Below, in pieces: positions 49,050 to 63,261 of a DNA stretch of 64,000 bases. A program made the translations under genes and the position numbers. The first letter of the stretch is position 1. The number at the start of each line of letters is the position of its first letter. The notes beneath the pieces are model-generated. The model made no database searches and had not been told where the DNA came from. It saw only the letters and a list, made by a program, of their open reading frames with translations. This DNA comes from the human T2T-CHM13v2.0 reference genome, Homo sapiens. Location: NCBI RefSeq assembly GCF_009914755.1, contig NC_060927.1; one strand, given 5' to 3'.

Positions 49050-49239
49050 CTAGTAGGTGCCCAGACAAAATTCACTTTAGGGCTGGGTCAAGCCTGTGAC
49101 TTTCTGTTTCCCATTTCTAATAGACACCAGCAGAGCTCAGACCTATGTAATTCTATTCTTGACATTAATAGATAATTTTCATTACATTTGTGGGATTTGG
49201 GGTGAGCCTTGGAAGGACAGGAGACTGCCTCTTCTATAA

Positions 49240-49365
49240 TTTGGTGATAACAATACTCCTTTCCATAAAGGATTATTTTGAGTATTAAGTGTAGGAAGAT
49301 GTATAAAATACATAGCCCAGTGCCTGGCACATGGTAGGATTCATAAATGGCAGCCACTATTGTTA
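49240..49365 (+). mobile_element. MIR 3' fragment
   Basis: agcccagtgcctggcacatggtagg...ataaatggcagccactattgttatt. Confidence 0.7.
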
Positions 49366-50420
49366 TTAATTTTTTGGAGAAGTTCAGGATCACATTCCCA
49401 TTTTTCTTGGCCCTCATTTTCTTGTTCATGCTTCCAACCCTTATAGCATAGAAAGCAGTTTGATCCATGGAATTGGAAGTAGACAAAGTTCCCTAAGATT
49501 TCTTGCTATGTCATCACAGCTTGTGTTCTAAATCTATTGTGAAGAAGAATCTTTTGTTCATTTTTGACTTCCCTCTCACCACTGCTCAATTACTTAGCTG
49601 GCATTTTATATCAGTCATCAAGGCAGCCCCCCAAATGTATCTTTTCATTTCCTGAGTGTAGACTTTTAATTTTAAAGAGGCTTATATAATTTTTAGACAT
49701 TTTTATTATTTTTAAATGAAACAACTTTCGGTACATTAGATTTATTCTGAGAGGTGACATTAGGCCATGTTCTTGTGTCTGTTCTCTAGAATTTAATGTA
49801 CTTCCACATTCTTAAAATGTTTTTATAATAGCTTCATAATTACAAGTGATGCTTTTTAAATGTGTTGCCCTCTCAAAAAAAAAAGAGTGATTCTGCCTTG
49901 CAATTTTTATGAATTTTGCTAGTTTCTTAATGCTTCAGCTTCACCAGCTTGTCGGAAGAAAAAGGTCGTGTTCCACAAACCGCCAGTTCAGCTGTAGCAA
50001 TCAGGACGGCCAGGCAGCATTTGCACATGGTTAGCATTGCGTAGCAGGAATGAGGCTGTTGTGTTCCTTGTCATATTTATTTAATAGTTTAGTCTAATAA
50101 CTGACGAAACTATGTACTTAGGAAAAATTGTCCTTCAGTGGAGAAATGTAAATAGTACATTTGCTTTTTTGAAACAATTTTTTTTTTACAAAGGACCAAG
50201 GATTCCCTTAAGTGCAAGAATAATTCAGTACCCACTCTACAATATTATGAGCCTCAGAGGCATTATCAGTGGTTCCATGCCCATAAGAGGGAAATATGAT
50301 ACCGTACATGGCACAAGTGGTGCTCCTCACCCCCTCACAACCCCTACTCCTCCTGGCCACCTGCTCTCTTCCTCTCTCTCTCCCCTCTCCCACATCCCTG
50401 ATGAGTACAACTAGTCATAT

Positions 50421-50715
50421 TCATTATTATTATTATTTTTTTTTGAGACCCTGTCACCCAGGCTGGGACACAGTAGTGTGATCATGGCTCACTGCAGCCT
50501 CAACTTATCAGGCTCAAGTGATCCTCCAACTTCAGCCTTCTGAGTAGCTGGGACCATAGGTGTGTGCCAACACACCGTACTGATTTAAAAACAATCTTTT
50601 TTGTGTGTAGAAATGGGGTCTCTCTATGTTGTCCAGGCTGGTCTCAAACTCCTGGGCTCATGTGATCTCCCTGCCTTGGTTTCCCAAAGTGCTGGGATTA
50701 CTACCATGCCCGACC
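50421..50715 (-). mobile_element. AluJ
   Basis: Diverged reverse-complement Alu with (ATT)n tail. Confidence 0.87.
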
Positions 50716-51267
50716 AGCATCACCAATCATTTAGCAAATGTTTTGTCACTGAGCCTGAGTGTGACCTCAGAACACCTTTAAATACTGAGCTCCAGATAGC
50801 TACTTCCAGTTAACTGCTGTAGAGAAAGAAATCTATCAAAATTCTAGAATTTATCAATATATTAACAACATATCTAGCCAGTGTAGGCGATTCACCTCCC
50901 AAATAAGTTGGTTCAGTTTTTAAAAATCAGCCACATTATCTTTTGATATGCTGTAAATAAAAATAGCTAATTTGGGGGAAAGATTTTTACTTTTCAAACC
51001 ATTGTTTCAGCATAATGTTGGCAAAGTTGGAAAAACTAACTCCATAATTAAATACAGTGTACAAGTAGCATCGCATGAAGTTCATTTGTGAAATAGCTGA
51101 CACTTAATGCAGGATCATATCAGCTATGTGTGAATGTGCCCAAAACTTCTCTTGCTTTGAGACAGATTTCTCCCTGACCTTCATTTCATTCTTTGCCATC
51201 CCCCCTGCATATAGTATAGTTGTTTTCTACCCCATGAAAATTCATCACCATATCTCAGCATTGTGGC

Positions 51268-51460
51268 AGATGGAGAGATCTGTGGCTGGCATCGTTTTGG
51301 AGGCCTTCCCCGCCTATTCACTACTGCCGAGTAGTTTCACGACTTGGGTTCGTGTAGTACAGAAGAGAAACTACACCTTACCTTCATGTCATATACCAGT
51401 CGCAGGCATCAAAATACCCCCGATCCATCTCTAGCGGTGTGGTCGAGGTAAAAGGCCTCG
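51268..51460 (+). other. CpG-retaining unique segment with long imperfect hairpin (candidate structured RNA or conserved element)
   Basis: About 10 CpGs in about 170 bp; nested stems 51268-74/51424-30, 51280-89/51396-405, 51298-303/51381-86, 51331-38/51367-74, 51339-42/51350-53. Confidence 0.35.
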
Positions 51461-51766
51461 GAGAGCTATGGAATGTGTTTCCTTCTCTGTTGCCATTTTT
51501 CCAGAATTTGCAACAACTGGCAGTCCTCTAGACTGGACCCCTAGGGATGCAGGTCCCCCTTGGGCTCTCCTTAACCAATCCCTCCTCAGTCTTCTTCAAC
51601 AGGTACAGAAACAAGCTGGGAGGAGCAGTGGTTGACACTCCTTTCCCCAAACACGTTCTCTAAGACTTGAAATGTGGTGACAGTTGTCACTGCAATATTG
51701 TTGATATGATATTATTTAGACTATGAGGAAAACACATGAAAAGAGATAGTATAAAATCAACACAGG

Positions 51767-51966
51767 AGGCCAGGCATGGCAGCTCACATCTGTAATCACA
51801 GCACTTGTTGGGAGGCTGAGGTGGGAGGATTGCTTGAGCCCAGGAGGTTGAGGCTGCAGTGAACCGTGATCGCTGCAGTAAGCCATGATCACAGCACTGT
51901 GCTCCAGCCTTAGGGACAGAGTGAGCCCCTGTCTCAAAAATAAATAAATAAATAAATAAAAATAAA
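51767..51966 (+). mobile_element. Alu monomer (FRAM-like or arm-recombined Alu) with internal 19-bp duplication
   Basis: Single arm; gctgcagtgaaccgtgatc followed by gctgcagtaagccatgatc; (AAAT)n tail. Confidence 0.8.
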
Positions 51967-53171
51967 GTTTTAAAAAATCAAGCATGAAGTGCAGAGAGAT
52001 GTCAAAAAGGGGTTCTGTTTTAGATGTGTGCTGCCTTGCCAACCACCAGGGCCCTGGCCCTGTCAGGCCCTACCCCAGGCTTGGGCACGTCTGAGTAAGC
52101 TCCTGGCTAGGCCTCTGATTGGCTTCTGTGTGAATGTGCATGCCCTGCCTATTTGTGAACTTGAGACACATTGCAGGTGTAAATCCAGATGAGCAGGTGT
52201 GTGTGAGCACACTCAGTATGCTGTCTGTGTCCTTCTGCAAGAGCTGCCAGCTCCTTCTCTCTTGTTTGTTGCCCCATAAAGTGCCCTGGCAGCCCGAGGC
52301 TTGAAGCAGACACCCCAATTTGCAGTTTGCAGGACTGCTCAATTCCTCTGGCAATGGAGGTCGTGTAATGACTGACTAATTCATTCTCTTTTATTTTGAA
52401 TATTAGAGAAGTTTTTATTAAAGTAAAATTTTTACAACAGGACTTTTGATCTAAAGTGTCTCTTAATCTTGTGTTTGATAAATAATGAATGGCTCACTGC
52501 TCACCAAAAGTGTTGCATCCACTAGTCGGTGATTGCTAATGCCTCATTTGCATATGAAATTAATATTCCATATGGTCGGTCTGATCATGTAGGCCGAAAC
52601 CAACAGGAGGAGGCATGCTGATTTGAGCAGAAGTTTGGGTTGCAATGGAATATACTTTTGAGTCAGTGTCAGTACTTTAATGCTCTGATGGCCAGTCCTG
52701 GAGGCATACAACATGAGCAAAATTTCCATTTTTTTGGTGGTGTCTTTGCAATAGCAAACTTATTTTGAATATCAGATGCCATGAAGATCATTCAATGAAT
52801 ATTTATTAGATTCCTACTGTGTACATACCACTGTGCCCAGAGCAGCTGTGTTAGGTGCTTATAATGGTTATTAGAAATGCAATAAAGAAAACAGAAATTT
52901 AACTCTGCTTTAGTATGGAATTGGTCTCTGGATTCCAAGCACAGACCATGTCAGTGCTCTGAAGTCCCGTGGTCGCTTGACACTTGTCAGCATGAGCCAT
53001 ATAACCAAAAGGCCTTTTTCCTGAATCTTTGGTTCACCATCAACTATGATTAAGTTCATCATCAATACTCTGCTAATAAGCAAAGAATATTTTGTTATAT
53101 AATGGGTTCCGAAGCTCATTTTTATTAATATCAGAATACAAAGATTAACTTTGTTACTTACCGTATTATAG

Positions 53172-53478
<307 letters not shown>

Positions 53479-53631
53479 CTCATAAATATTTTAAGAGTAG
53501 AATGTGATGGCTTAGAAAGTATGTCAGATAAACTCCAGCTTGGGTTTTGTGCCAGTAAAATGATGTAGTTATGATTTCCCTTCTTTTGGCGGTGGTGTTG
53601 AAGAGGATAATTCTAGTTCATAGATGGGCCA

Positions 53632-54040
53632 TGTATTAATCAAGGCAGGCAATATTATGTTATGATAACAAATAGCCCCAAATTTTAGTGGCTTAGTACA
53701 GCAAAAGTTTCTCACTTATACAAAGTCTGTTGCAAGTCAGACAAACTCTCCAAAGCACCTACCCTGCATATACTGACTCAGCATTCCAGGATGTGTCAAT
53801 CATATGCCATATCCATGCTAACATACTCTTCTGTGATCACTGCAGCAGTGGGAGACAGGGCTGGAAAGTGGGGCAATGACAGTTAAATGCTTCTAATAAT
53901 GAGATGTAGCAGAGGAGACGTGTGTACTTTCCAGCTCACAAGAAGGACTGCAAGTCACTTGGCTATGTTCAACTTGAAAGGAGTAAGATGCCATTCTTAT
54001 GAATGAACCTGGAAGTAAAGGATACCTGGGCATTGATGAA
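53632..54040 (-). mobile_element. Old MLT1-type LTR remnant
   Basis: ataacaaatagccccaaattttagtggcttagtacagcaaaagtttctcactta. Confidence 0.55.
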
Positions 54041-54323
54041 CAAGATGCTTGTCTGTTGGCCTATGTCAGACTATTAGAAAATCCAGGAGAACGTTTGTCC
54101 CTCCTTTGATTAATGAATTGGAAAAAAATGAATAAATGTCTCTGAATGACATTTTCTTTAGTTTGATGGTGATTAAATAAATGTGGGAAATGCTTCCAGA
54201 TTATGGAAAAGGTTGTGCCATAAAAATTAAAAGTAAAGATAATCTATATATTTTGGTAGCTTCAGAAGTATGACCTGGTTAAGGGAGACTATCTTTGCAC
54301 TCCCTCTTTGAGGACTCATGTGC

Positions 54324-54817
54324 TGTAGTTGGCAGAATGATGGCCCCCCTGAAGATGTCCAAGTCCTAATCCCCAAAACTTGTGAATATGTTGTCTTACA
54401 TGGCAAGGAGGAGCTAAGGTTGCAGCTAGAACTGAATCAGCTGACCTTAAAATAAGATCCTGGATTATCTGGATGGGTCTGATATAATCACAAGGGTCTT
54501 TGAAAGTGGAAGAGGAGATCAAAAGCAGAAATATGACTGCAATGAGAAATACTTGGCCTGGTATCGCTAGATTTGAAATTGGAGGAAGAGACCACAAGCC
54601 AAGGAATGTGAGAGTCCTCTAGAAGCTGGAAAAGACAAAGACATGGTTTCTCCTCTGGAGCCCCCAGAAGGAACACAGCCCTGCTGACACCTTGAATTAG
54701 CCCAGTGGGACTCATTTAGGGTTACTCACCTCTAGAACTGTAAGATCAGAAACTTGTGTTGTTTTAAGCCAGCAAATTTGTGGTAATGTGTTTCAGCAGC
54801 TGTAGGAGACTGATACA
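54324..54817 (+). mobile_element. MLT1D-like MaLR solo LTR
   Basis: tgtagttggcagaatgatggccccc...cctctagaagctggaaaag...gcagctgtaggagactgataca. Confidence 0.85.
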
Positions 54818-57089
54818 TTTCCCATGACTTCTCTAATAGGAAATTATATTCTCTTCTTGTCAATATCCCTCCAAACAGCCTGCAAAGTTTCTGGAGGAAG
54901 GAGAGAAAACTGGAAAGGCACAATTTTCTGGGAAAGCTATAAAATGCATCTTTTTAATTCTACTCATAAGTAGGCTTGTCAATCTTTTGAGACACTTATG
55001 CAGAGTAATGGAAGAAGAGGAAAATGCAAAGTTTCAATTTTATCAGAATTTTATTAGAAATTCAATTTTATTAGAATTTCTAATTTCAGGCATTAAAAGA
55101 ACTAAGACTTTGTGGCTAAAACGCAGCAAGTATTCAGAAGAGTGACTTATGAATGGCTTTGGGGCAGGTGAGGGCTGGGGTTGGTATATTAGGAAATGGC
55201 TTTGTATGTGATCTATTTGGTTAGAAAAAAGGTTAGGATTATGGATAATGTGGACAACCTGTCTGTCTTGAATCTAGTGTGTAGCCAAGGCCAATAGCAA
55301 AGCTCTAGTTTTCAGTGAAGACTGTGTACTGTTACAAAAATATCTTTTCATTAATGCATCTCTTTCTCTCAAAATGGTTATTTAGAATAACCAGCAGTTG
55401 TAACACATACAGAGAAGCAAGAATTTGGCTCAGAATAAAGAAGTGTTGAAGGCTCTGTTCAATGAAAGCTCCCAAGGATCACCAATGGCAGACACCCAAC
55501 TAGACTAGTGGCAACAATTATTTATATTTTACCAATTCCCAATAGACGAGGATCCTTTTCTGTTTTATTTGCTAAAATTCTGCATTGAACAGAATTAGAA
55601 AATATCCCTAAAAATCCTTTCTGTTTGGGCTAACCTATGCCACTTGTCATTATCCTCCTCTCCCTTCCTATCCTCGTTACCAGGAACCATGTTCTGCTTG
55701 AGAGTGTCATGTATTTTGATCATTAGTAGCTGCTTTACAATAATGATGGCAAGAGATGGCTAATAGTTCTATTATTTATTTATTTTCACTCCCACCTTGT
55801 TCCAAAAAGGATTTAAGGTGGGCTGCAAAAAACATGCAATCCAACAAGATGAAACCAAAATCAGCAAGTGAGGAAATTAGAACAAGAGGAGAATGAGGGA
55901 GGGAAAAATAAGAAACTGGGAGTACAAAATGTGTCCCACCAGGCTCTGAGTCCTAGCCAGGGTGGACCACACACTTGGCCCTCACTTTCTAAAACCATCT
56001 CAAAACGGTGTGGTCGGGGGTAGTGTGGTCAGTCCCATGAGTCACATAGCAGTTGGTCAGAAGCAGCACAATAAATTCTGGGATTTAGACCAGAGAGAAA
56101 TTTCTCCCATGGGTCTCTGTAAAGAGGACCCCCTGTGTAATTCAGAGAGCAGTGGCTTCAAGAGCATCCCCGAAGATATGACAAATTCCTCAGAGCTATG
56201 TTTTGTCACATCCTTTAGTATAGGCTTGTGACATCACCTCCCAGTGGAATTCAGCTAAGGTACTCTACAGGGGATCAGAAAGATGCATTTCAGTTTCTCT
56301 ATGTGTTGCTAGTTTAACTAGGGGATAGCTTAAGAGTTTCTACAGGAAAGGATGGATGAAGAATCCTCCACATACATTTTTCCCTCTCAGCTGTGCCCCT
56401 GCGGAAGTTAAACTTGTATGTTTGTGCTTCTCTACACTTTAGTGAAAGGGTACTAGAAAGGTGGATGACATTTGCAGTTAAGATTCAGGTCTGCGAAAGA
56501 GCTTCACTCACCCTTTTGGGATTTGGGAGCTCTAAAAGGAGACTGTGCCAGGCCCAGCAGAAGAGCCTGGAGGAAGGAAGGGGGCCTGAGTATATGCCAG
56601 GAATGGCAGGGTGGTGGTTGTGGTTCTCAGGTGGCGGCCGGGTGGGAAATCTTCTCCCAGCATCATGAGCACTGCAGTTGTTCAGTGCTGTTGCCTTCAA
56701 GGGGGCGGGTGTCAGGTGAGTCAGTGGGCAGAGGAGTTTCCCTTTTGTGTGCTGAGGATCTTGATGGAGGCCCCTTGAGCTAGGTTGGCTGGGGTCCTTC
56801 AGCCATCAGTGAGGATTGGAGGTCTCCATCTCAGGCTCCCTCCCACGGGCAGGCCCCCTCGAGGCCCCACATGTTCACCTGGCATCCTGACATGTTGTAA
56901 ACAAAGATCACTCACACTGCCCTCCAGCAGCCCAGCCCTCTGTCCCCCAAAGTCCTGAGGCCACAGTGGGGTTTGGGAATCCCTCCAGGCTCCAGCAATC
57001 GGCCACTCACATTGTTTCAGTGGCCTTGTCCTCCTACACTTTTGGCAGGAAGAGGAAATAATGAGCATGTTTTCTTCCAAGAATATTCC

Positions 57090-57560
57090 AATTTATTCTC
57101 CACATGGCAGTCGCCGTGATCTTTCTAAAACATCAATTTTATTGTGTCATTTCCCTGATGAAAACCCATCTGCAGCTTCCCAGGATCCCCAGGGTAGAGC
57201 TGCAGGGCTGTAGCATGGTTGACAAGGCCCTAGGCCATCTCCGCAGCCTCATTCCTCCCTGGTTCTCTTCTTTCTCTCCCCTCAATTCCCCTCACCACTG
57301 GGCTGTACAACTGGCCACACTTTTCAGTTTCTTGAGCTTCCCATTTTCCTCTTTCTTTCCCCAGGCCCAGGCACAGGCTATTCTTTCTTCTTGGAAAACT
57401 GCTTTTTACCCTTTCATCCATTAGGCCGGCCTATGCCTATGTACATTTCAAGTATAGGCCAGAAATTAATCCTCTGGGGCGTGGTCCTGGACCCTCAGAC
57501 AAGAGGAGAGGTCCTCTGCTAGGTGCCCCATAGTATCCTTTGTTTTCTCCAACTATGGCC
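57090..57560 (+). mobile_element. L2 fragment
   Basis: ctccacatggcagtcgccgtgatctttctaaaacatc...caaggccct is typical of the L2 3' region. Confidence 0.65.
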
Positions 57561-57562
57561 TT

Positions 57563-57960
57563 GTATTAGTTAGGAAAATGTCATCTGCAGAGACAAGGCC
57601 CATCATTTCCATGGCTCCATGCAATAGAATTTTATTTGTCACTCATCTAACCATCTTCTGCAGGTGCTCCTGACTGTTAGGTGAGTTTCTCCACAGGGTG
57701 AATCAAGGCCCCAAGTTCTTTCCATCTTGTAGCTCTGCCATCCTCTAGGGCCTCAGAGTGCATAGCATCCAGCTGGAGCAGAAGGGAGGGGCCGCAAAGT
57801 ACATCTGCCCCTCACTGCCCTGACACAGAGGCATCCCATGTTCCTTCCACTCCTGTTCCATTGGCACCAACATGGTACCCACTAGTTGCTAGGGACAGCT
57901 GTCCAATGATAAGGTTATAATACAGAAGGAGGAACACACATTTTAGTGGGCATACAAGCC
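57563..57960 (-). mobile_element. Old MLT1-type LTR remnant nested in L2
   Basis: tgtattagttagg...ttctttccatcttgtagctctgccatcctctaggg...ttccactcctgttccattggc. Confidence 0.55.
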
Positions 57961-59876
57961 CCTAAAACAGCTAATTGTAACTTCCTGTGATTCAACTAGA
58001 CTCTGAGCTCCATGAGAAAGAAGGTGAGAGTATTGCTACTATTGTACCCCTTTTTCCCAGCACCATGCCTGGCACCTTGGTGCAGGGATTGCCCCATGAG
58101 TAAGAGCAGTTAGTGCTTGGCTGGAGGAGGAAGTGGGTCACATAGACAATTCATCCCCTCGAAGCCCTTCCCCTACACTGTGAAAGAGTTGGGGAGAGAG
58201 AGGCAGCAGGCAGATAAGCTTTCCTTATCACTGCTGCCAGCCAAACCCCTCTAAAAAGCACCGACTCCCTTCACAGACAGAGGCATTCATTATGAGCAGA
58301 GAGCTTCCATAATCACAGGTGCCCATGAAGGCATGAGCCCCCTCTTGTATGGTGAGGCCTTCTGATTAAAGACTTGTTATTGGTACTTTATGGGGCAGAG
58401 GGCTAATGTACTGCTGTTAGTACTGGCATTGCAGCTCCATCTCACATCTGGCACCTGCCTCTGAGTCCAAGGAGGTGGGTGGTGAATGAATTTTCCCTGT
58501 CTTTATCAGCTGGCTATGTCTTTGGAGTGTCTCTTCACAAGTCATTTTTTGTGTGTGTATTGGTGTGAGTGTATAATAGTAAGAAGGCAATCACCTACCA
58601 GATTGTCTGGATAGAAAAGAAGGAATGAATAGACATGATGTGTAATTGACTTATGAAATTGGAGAGATATAATTCACTATCACAAGCAGTGTGGTTCTAT
58701 TTCTGAAAATCCTCAGGTAGGACAGTAATATGCTGACTTGTGAAATTTGGGTCATCTGCTTTACAATTAGAGGCCCTAAAAGTGGCCCAAAGTAATGACA
58801 CAGATGATTACAGTCAGGGGCCCCGTCCCCACCATCCTACATTGGGAGGAAGTCTGGTATTCTTCTCCCCAAGGGACCCCTGTTTCAATAACCCCAAGAA
58901 CCCCAGGGCTGACTCAGTCCAAAGGGGCCAGTGTTAATTACTTTCTTCTGTCTGCTACTGTCATTGTCTTTGGTGTCACAACAGAAAAAAGGGAGTCTGA
59001 CAGTCTCAGGCAGTCCCCAATCAGTGCAATGGACATTGTGGAGGTTGAGGTGCAAGTGGCTGTTTCTGGTCTTGCCTATTTTCTCAGGGTTTGGGGAAAA
59101 GGAGCATGCCTTGCTTCTCCCTTCCCAGGGGTCCTTCAGAGGTGGGCACTGTAGGCCCAGCAGATGCTAGCCGGGTTACAGTTCCCTGGTGAGACAGTCA
59201 TGTCCCAGGCAATGAGCTTTTCATCTCCAGTAGAACCAGGGCAGGGCAGAGTAGTCTGACTCTATGCCCACTCTGCTCATGGCCCAAGTACCAGCCCCCT
59301 GGACCTGGTTCTGTAGGCCTTCAGAGTTAAGTTGATTGTAATCTCACTGTCCCTCACTAGCCTTCAGGTTTGGTTATGGCCACTCCAGGCCTTACTAGGC
59401 ACCTGTGACTTTGAACCTCAGAGACCTTGGTTTTTTCTTCCGGCAAGGTCCAGGATATCCCCTTCCGTGAGTCCCTTCCCTGAGACCACGATTTTCCCAA
59501 AACAGTGCAGCAACCTGCAGAGACCACAGCAATCGCCACGCCTATGCCCTGATTCCAATGGGGGTGAAGGGTGACAGCAGTAATGGGTGGCACAGGGTGG
59601 GGATGGGGAGTCCTGGTGGGGTCCAGAATGCCAGGGGCTGATAGAGCAGAAAACTAGAACCTGCCCAGGAGGCTGGAGGCTGGAATGTGGCTCCACACCT
59701 CCAGCACATACTCCATTGTCCCTTGGACTTCACTTACAAAACACAAATTCAAAGATAAAATTATTAAGAATTTTGATTTGGTGACTGCAGAACATTAAGC
59801 CTTAAGTGTGAGCCCTTCTCTGTGTGTGGCAGTGGTTGCAGGAAGCCTGAGAAGCTGGCTCTGATGTGCGTGATTG

Positions 59877-60971
<1,095 letters not shown>

Positions 60972-61104
60972 CAGTGACCTGGCAGCAAGACTGTAGCAGT
61001 GTGGGTATGCAAACCCCACACCTACTTTTGACCACCAAAAACTGCTGATATTCCCAAAAGGAACTTGAAAAAGAATTGATGAGGCAGCTTTGCTGTATCT
61101 TTCT

Positions 61105-61389
<285 letters not shown>

Positions 61390-61889
61390 TGAGGCAGCTT
61401 TGCTATATCTTTCTAGCCCTTCTCTATATTTGTAATCATTTTAAATATCTTTGTGCTTCCTTATATGTTGTCAACCCATTTTTTGTCTTGTCCTGAAGGT
61501 AAAGGCTTTGGCTGTTCCCACCATCTTCCTGGCCTCAGCAGAGTGCCTGGCTCTGACTGGGGCTCAGTACAGCATCAAGTACCTTCTAGTGAACAGTTGG
61601 TGAGACACTTGATTTGTCATGGCTGGAAAAGAGGGGAGACAGTTTCACAAATGTCCCTAAGAACCAACCAACCTGCCAGTTGTCTGGTTATGTCTTTGAG
61701 TCCACACCTAGTATTATCTTTAAGTTGCACTAAACTTCTGAATATTTCAGGCCGAAGTTAAAAGAATTCTTGCTTCAGTATGTGGACTACTTCTGCCTTC
61801 ATCCATTTTCCAGGCTTGAATTGGTCTGAGATGGGAGAAGGCTGAACAAGTTTGATGCACAGTGCGAGGGCACAGAGGAAGGAATGAGG

Positions 61890-62110
61890 GATTTGGTATC
61901 AGATAGCCTTGAATTTGTACTCTGGTCTTTCCATTAAAAACAACAATATGCTAGGTAAGTGTTAAGCTTTTGTGAACTATGAATCTTCCCTGTAAAGTAG
62001 GGATAATGACACTCTCTTTGTAGGGAGATTAAATAAGATCATATATATTGAGATGCCAGGACAGCTTCTGGCACCACAGTAGGCAATCTGTATACAGAGC
62101 AGCTAATATT
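61890..62110 (+). mobile_element. MIR fragment
   Basis: ctgtaaagtagggataatgac...gagattaaataagatc...ctggcaccacagtaggc. Confidence 0.6.
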
Positions 62111-62476
62111 GCCTTCGGCATAAGAAAAAGTATTAAGTGACATTTGATTTGGGATTTTCCATTAGTTGCTCTCTTGTTCCCTTTTCTCTGATATTACCAC
62201 CCAAAAATATCAGTGACTTAAAACAAGATGTTCCTCTCCCTTATACTACATGTCTGTAGTTGGTAGACTAGGTACTCTGCTCCATGTGGCCACCAGCCTT
62301 GCTCTGACACCCAAGCTGATGGGACTTTGCTGGTAGGGAACCCTCTGGTGGATCTCACACCAGCAGCTAAATGCTTGGCCTGAAAGTGACACGCATCATT
62401 TCTGCTTACAGCTCATTGGCCAGAACTGGTCATGTGCTTCAACCCCACTGCAGGGGACCAGGAAGTACAATCTTAC

Positions 62477-62849
62477 TGACTTAGTCCGTTTGCGCTGCTG
62501 TGACAAAATACCACAAACCAGGTGGCTTATAAACAACAGAAATGTATTTCTCGTAGTTCTGCAGGCTGGGAAGTCTGAGATAAAGGCACCAGCAGATTTG
62601 GTGTCTGGTGAGCGCTGGCTTTCTGATTCATCTGGTTCATAGATGGTGCCTTCTTGCTGTGTCCTCACAGCTGGAAGGGGCAAAGCGTCGCTCTCAGGCC
62701 TCTTTCATAAGGGCACTAATCCCATTCATGAGAGCTCCACCTTCTTCATCTAATTGCCTCCCAAAGGCCCCACCTCCTAATACTATCACCTTGGGGGTTA
62801 GGATTTCAACATAGGAATTTTGGGAGTCACAAACACTCAGACCATAGCA
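62477..62849 (-). mobile_element. MSTD/MLT1A-like MaLR solo LTR nested in an older MLT1 remnant (about 62190-62890)
   Basis: ggtggcttataaacaacagaaatgtatttctc...ggatttcaacataggaattttggg...cagaccatagca; 5-bp TSD cttac/gttac. Confidence 0.85.
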
Positions 62850-62970
62850 GTTACCATGTGCTCAGAAGGGGGACAACTGGGAATATTTGGTGAAAAGTGA
62901 AGGGGAAAAAATAATTTATTCTGTCAACTCTCATAAGTTATTAGCTGGGACACCTCTGCAACAAAAGACA

Positions 62971-63261
62971 GGCCGGATGCAGTGGTTTGCGCCTGTAATC
63001 CCAGCACTTTGGGAGGCTGAGGCAGGCAGATCACTTGAGGTCAGGAGTTTGAAACCAGCCTGGGCAACATGTTGAAACCTTGTCTCTACTAAAAATACAA
63101 AAATTAGTCAAGTGTGGTGGCACGTGCCTGTAGTCCTAGCTACTCAGGAGGTGGAGGTTGGAGGATGGCTTGAGCCTGGGAGGCAAAGGTTGCAGTAAGT
63201 TGAGATTGCAGCACTGCACTCCAGCCTGGGCAATAGAGCCAGACCTTGTCTCAAAAAAAAA
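62971..63261 (+). mobile_element. AluS/J inserted into an ERV1-like LTR fragment (about 62897-63390)
   Basis: Alu dimer; flanks rejoin as aacaaaagacagattaacaagagaaaag, typical of MER34/MER39-group LTRs. Confidence 0.85.

Noticed and set aside
50101-50110. CUGACGA followed by AAC, resembling a hammerhead core
   Set aside because: No stem II between CUGANGA and GAAA and no flanking stems
51126-51434. 102-aa ORF over the CpG-rich segment; AAG|GTAAGG minus-strand donor at 51382
   Set aside because: No recognisable protein; minus-strand frames upstream of the donor close quickly; retained only as a structural candidate
55033-55085. Repeated aattttat(c/t)agaa motif
   Set aside because: Short degenerate AT-rich minisatellite; no spacer structure, not CRISPR-like
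55770-56320. Possible ancient LINE (L3/L4-like) remnant
   Set aside because: Only a short motif (cccaccttgttccaaaaaggatttaaggtgg) looks familiar; family and limits cannot be supported by eye
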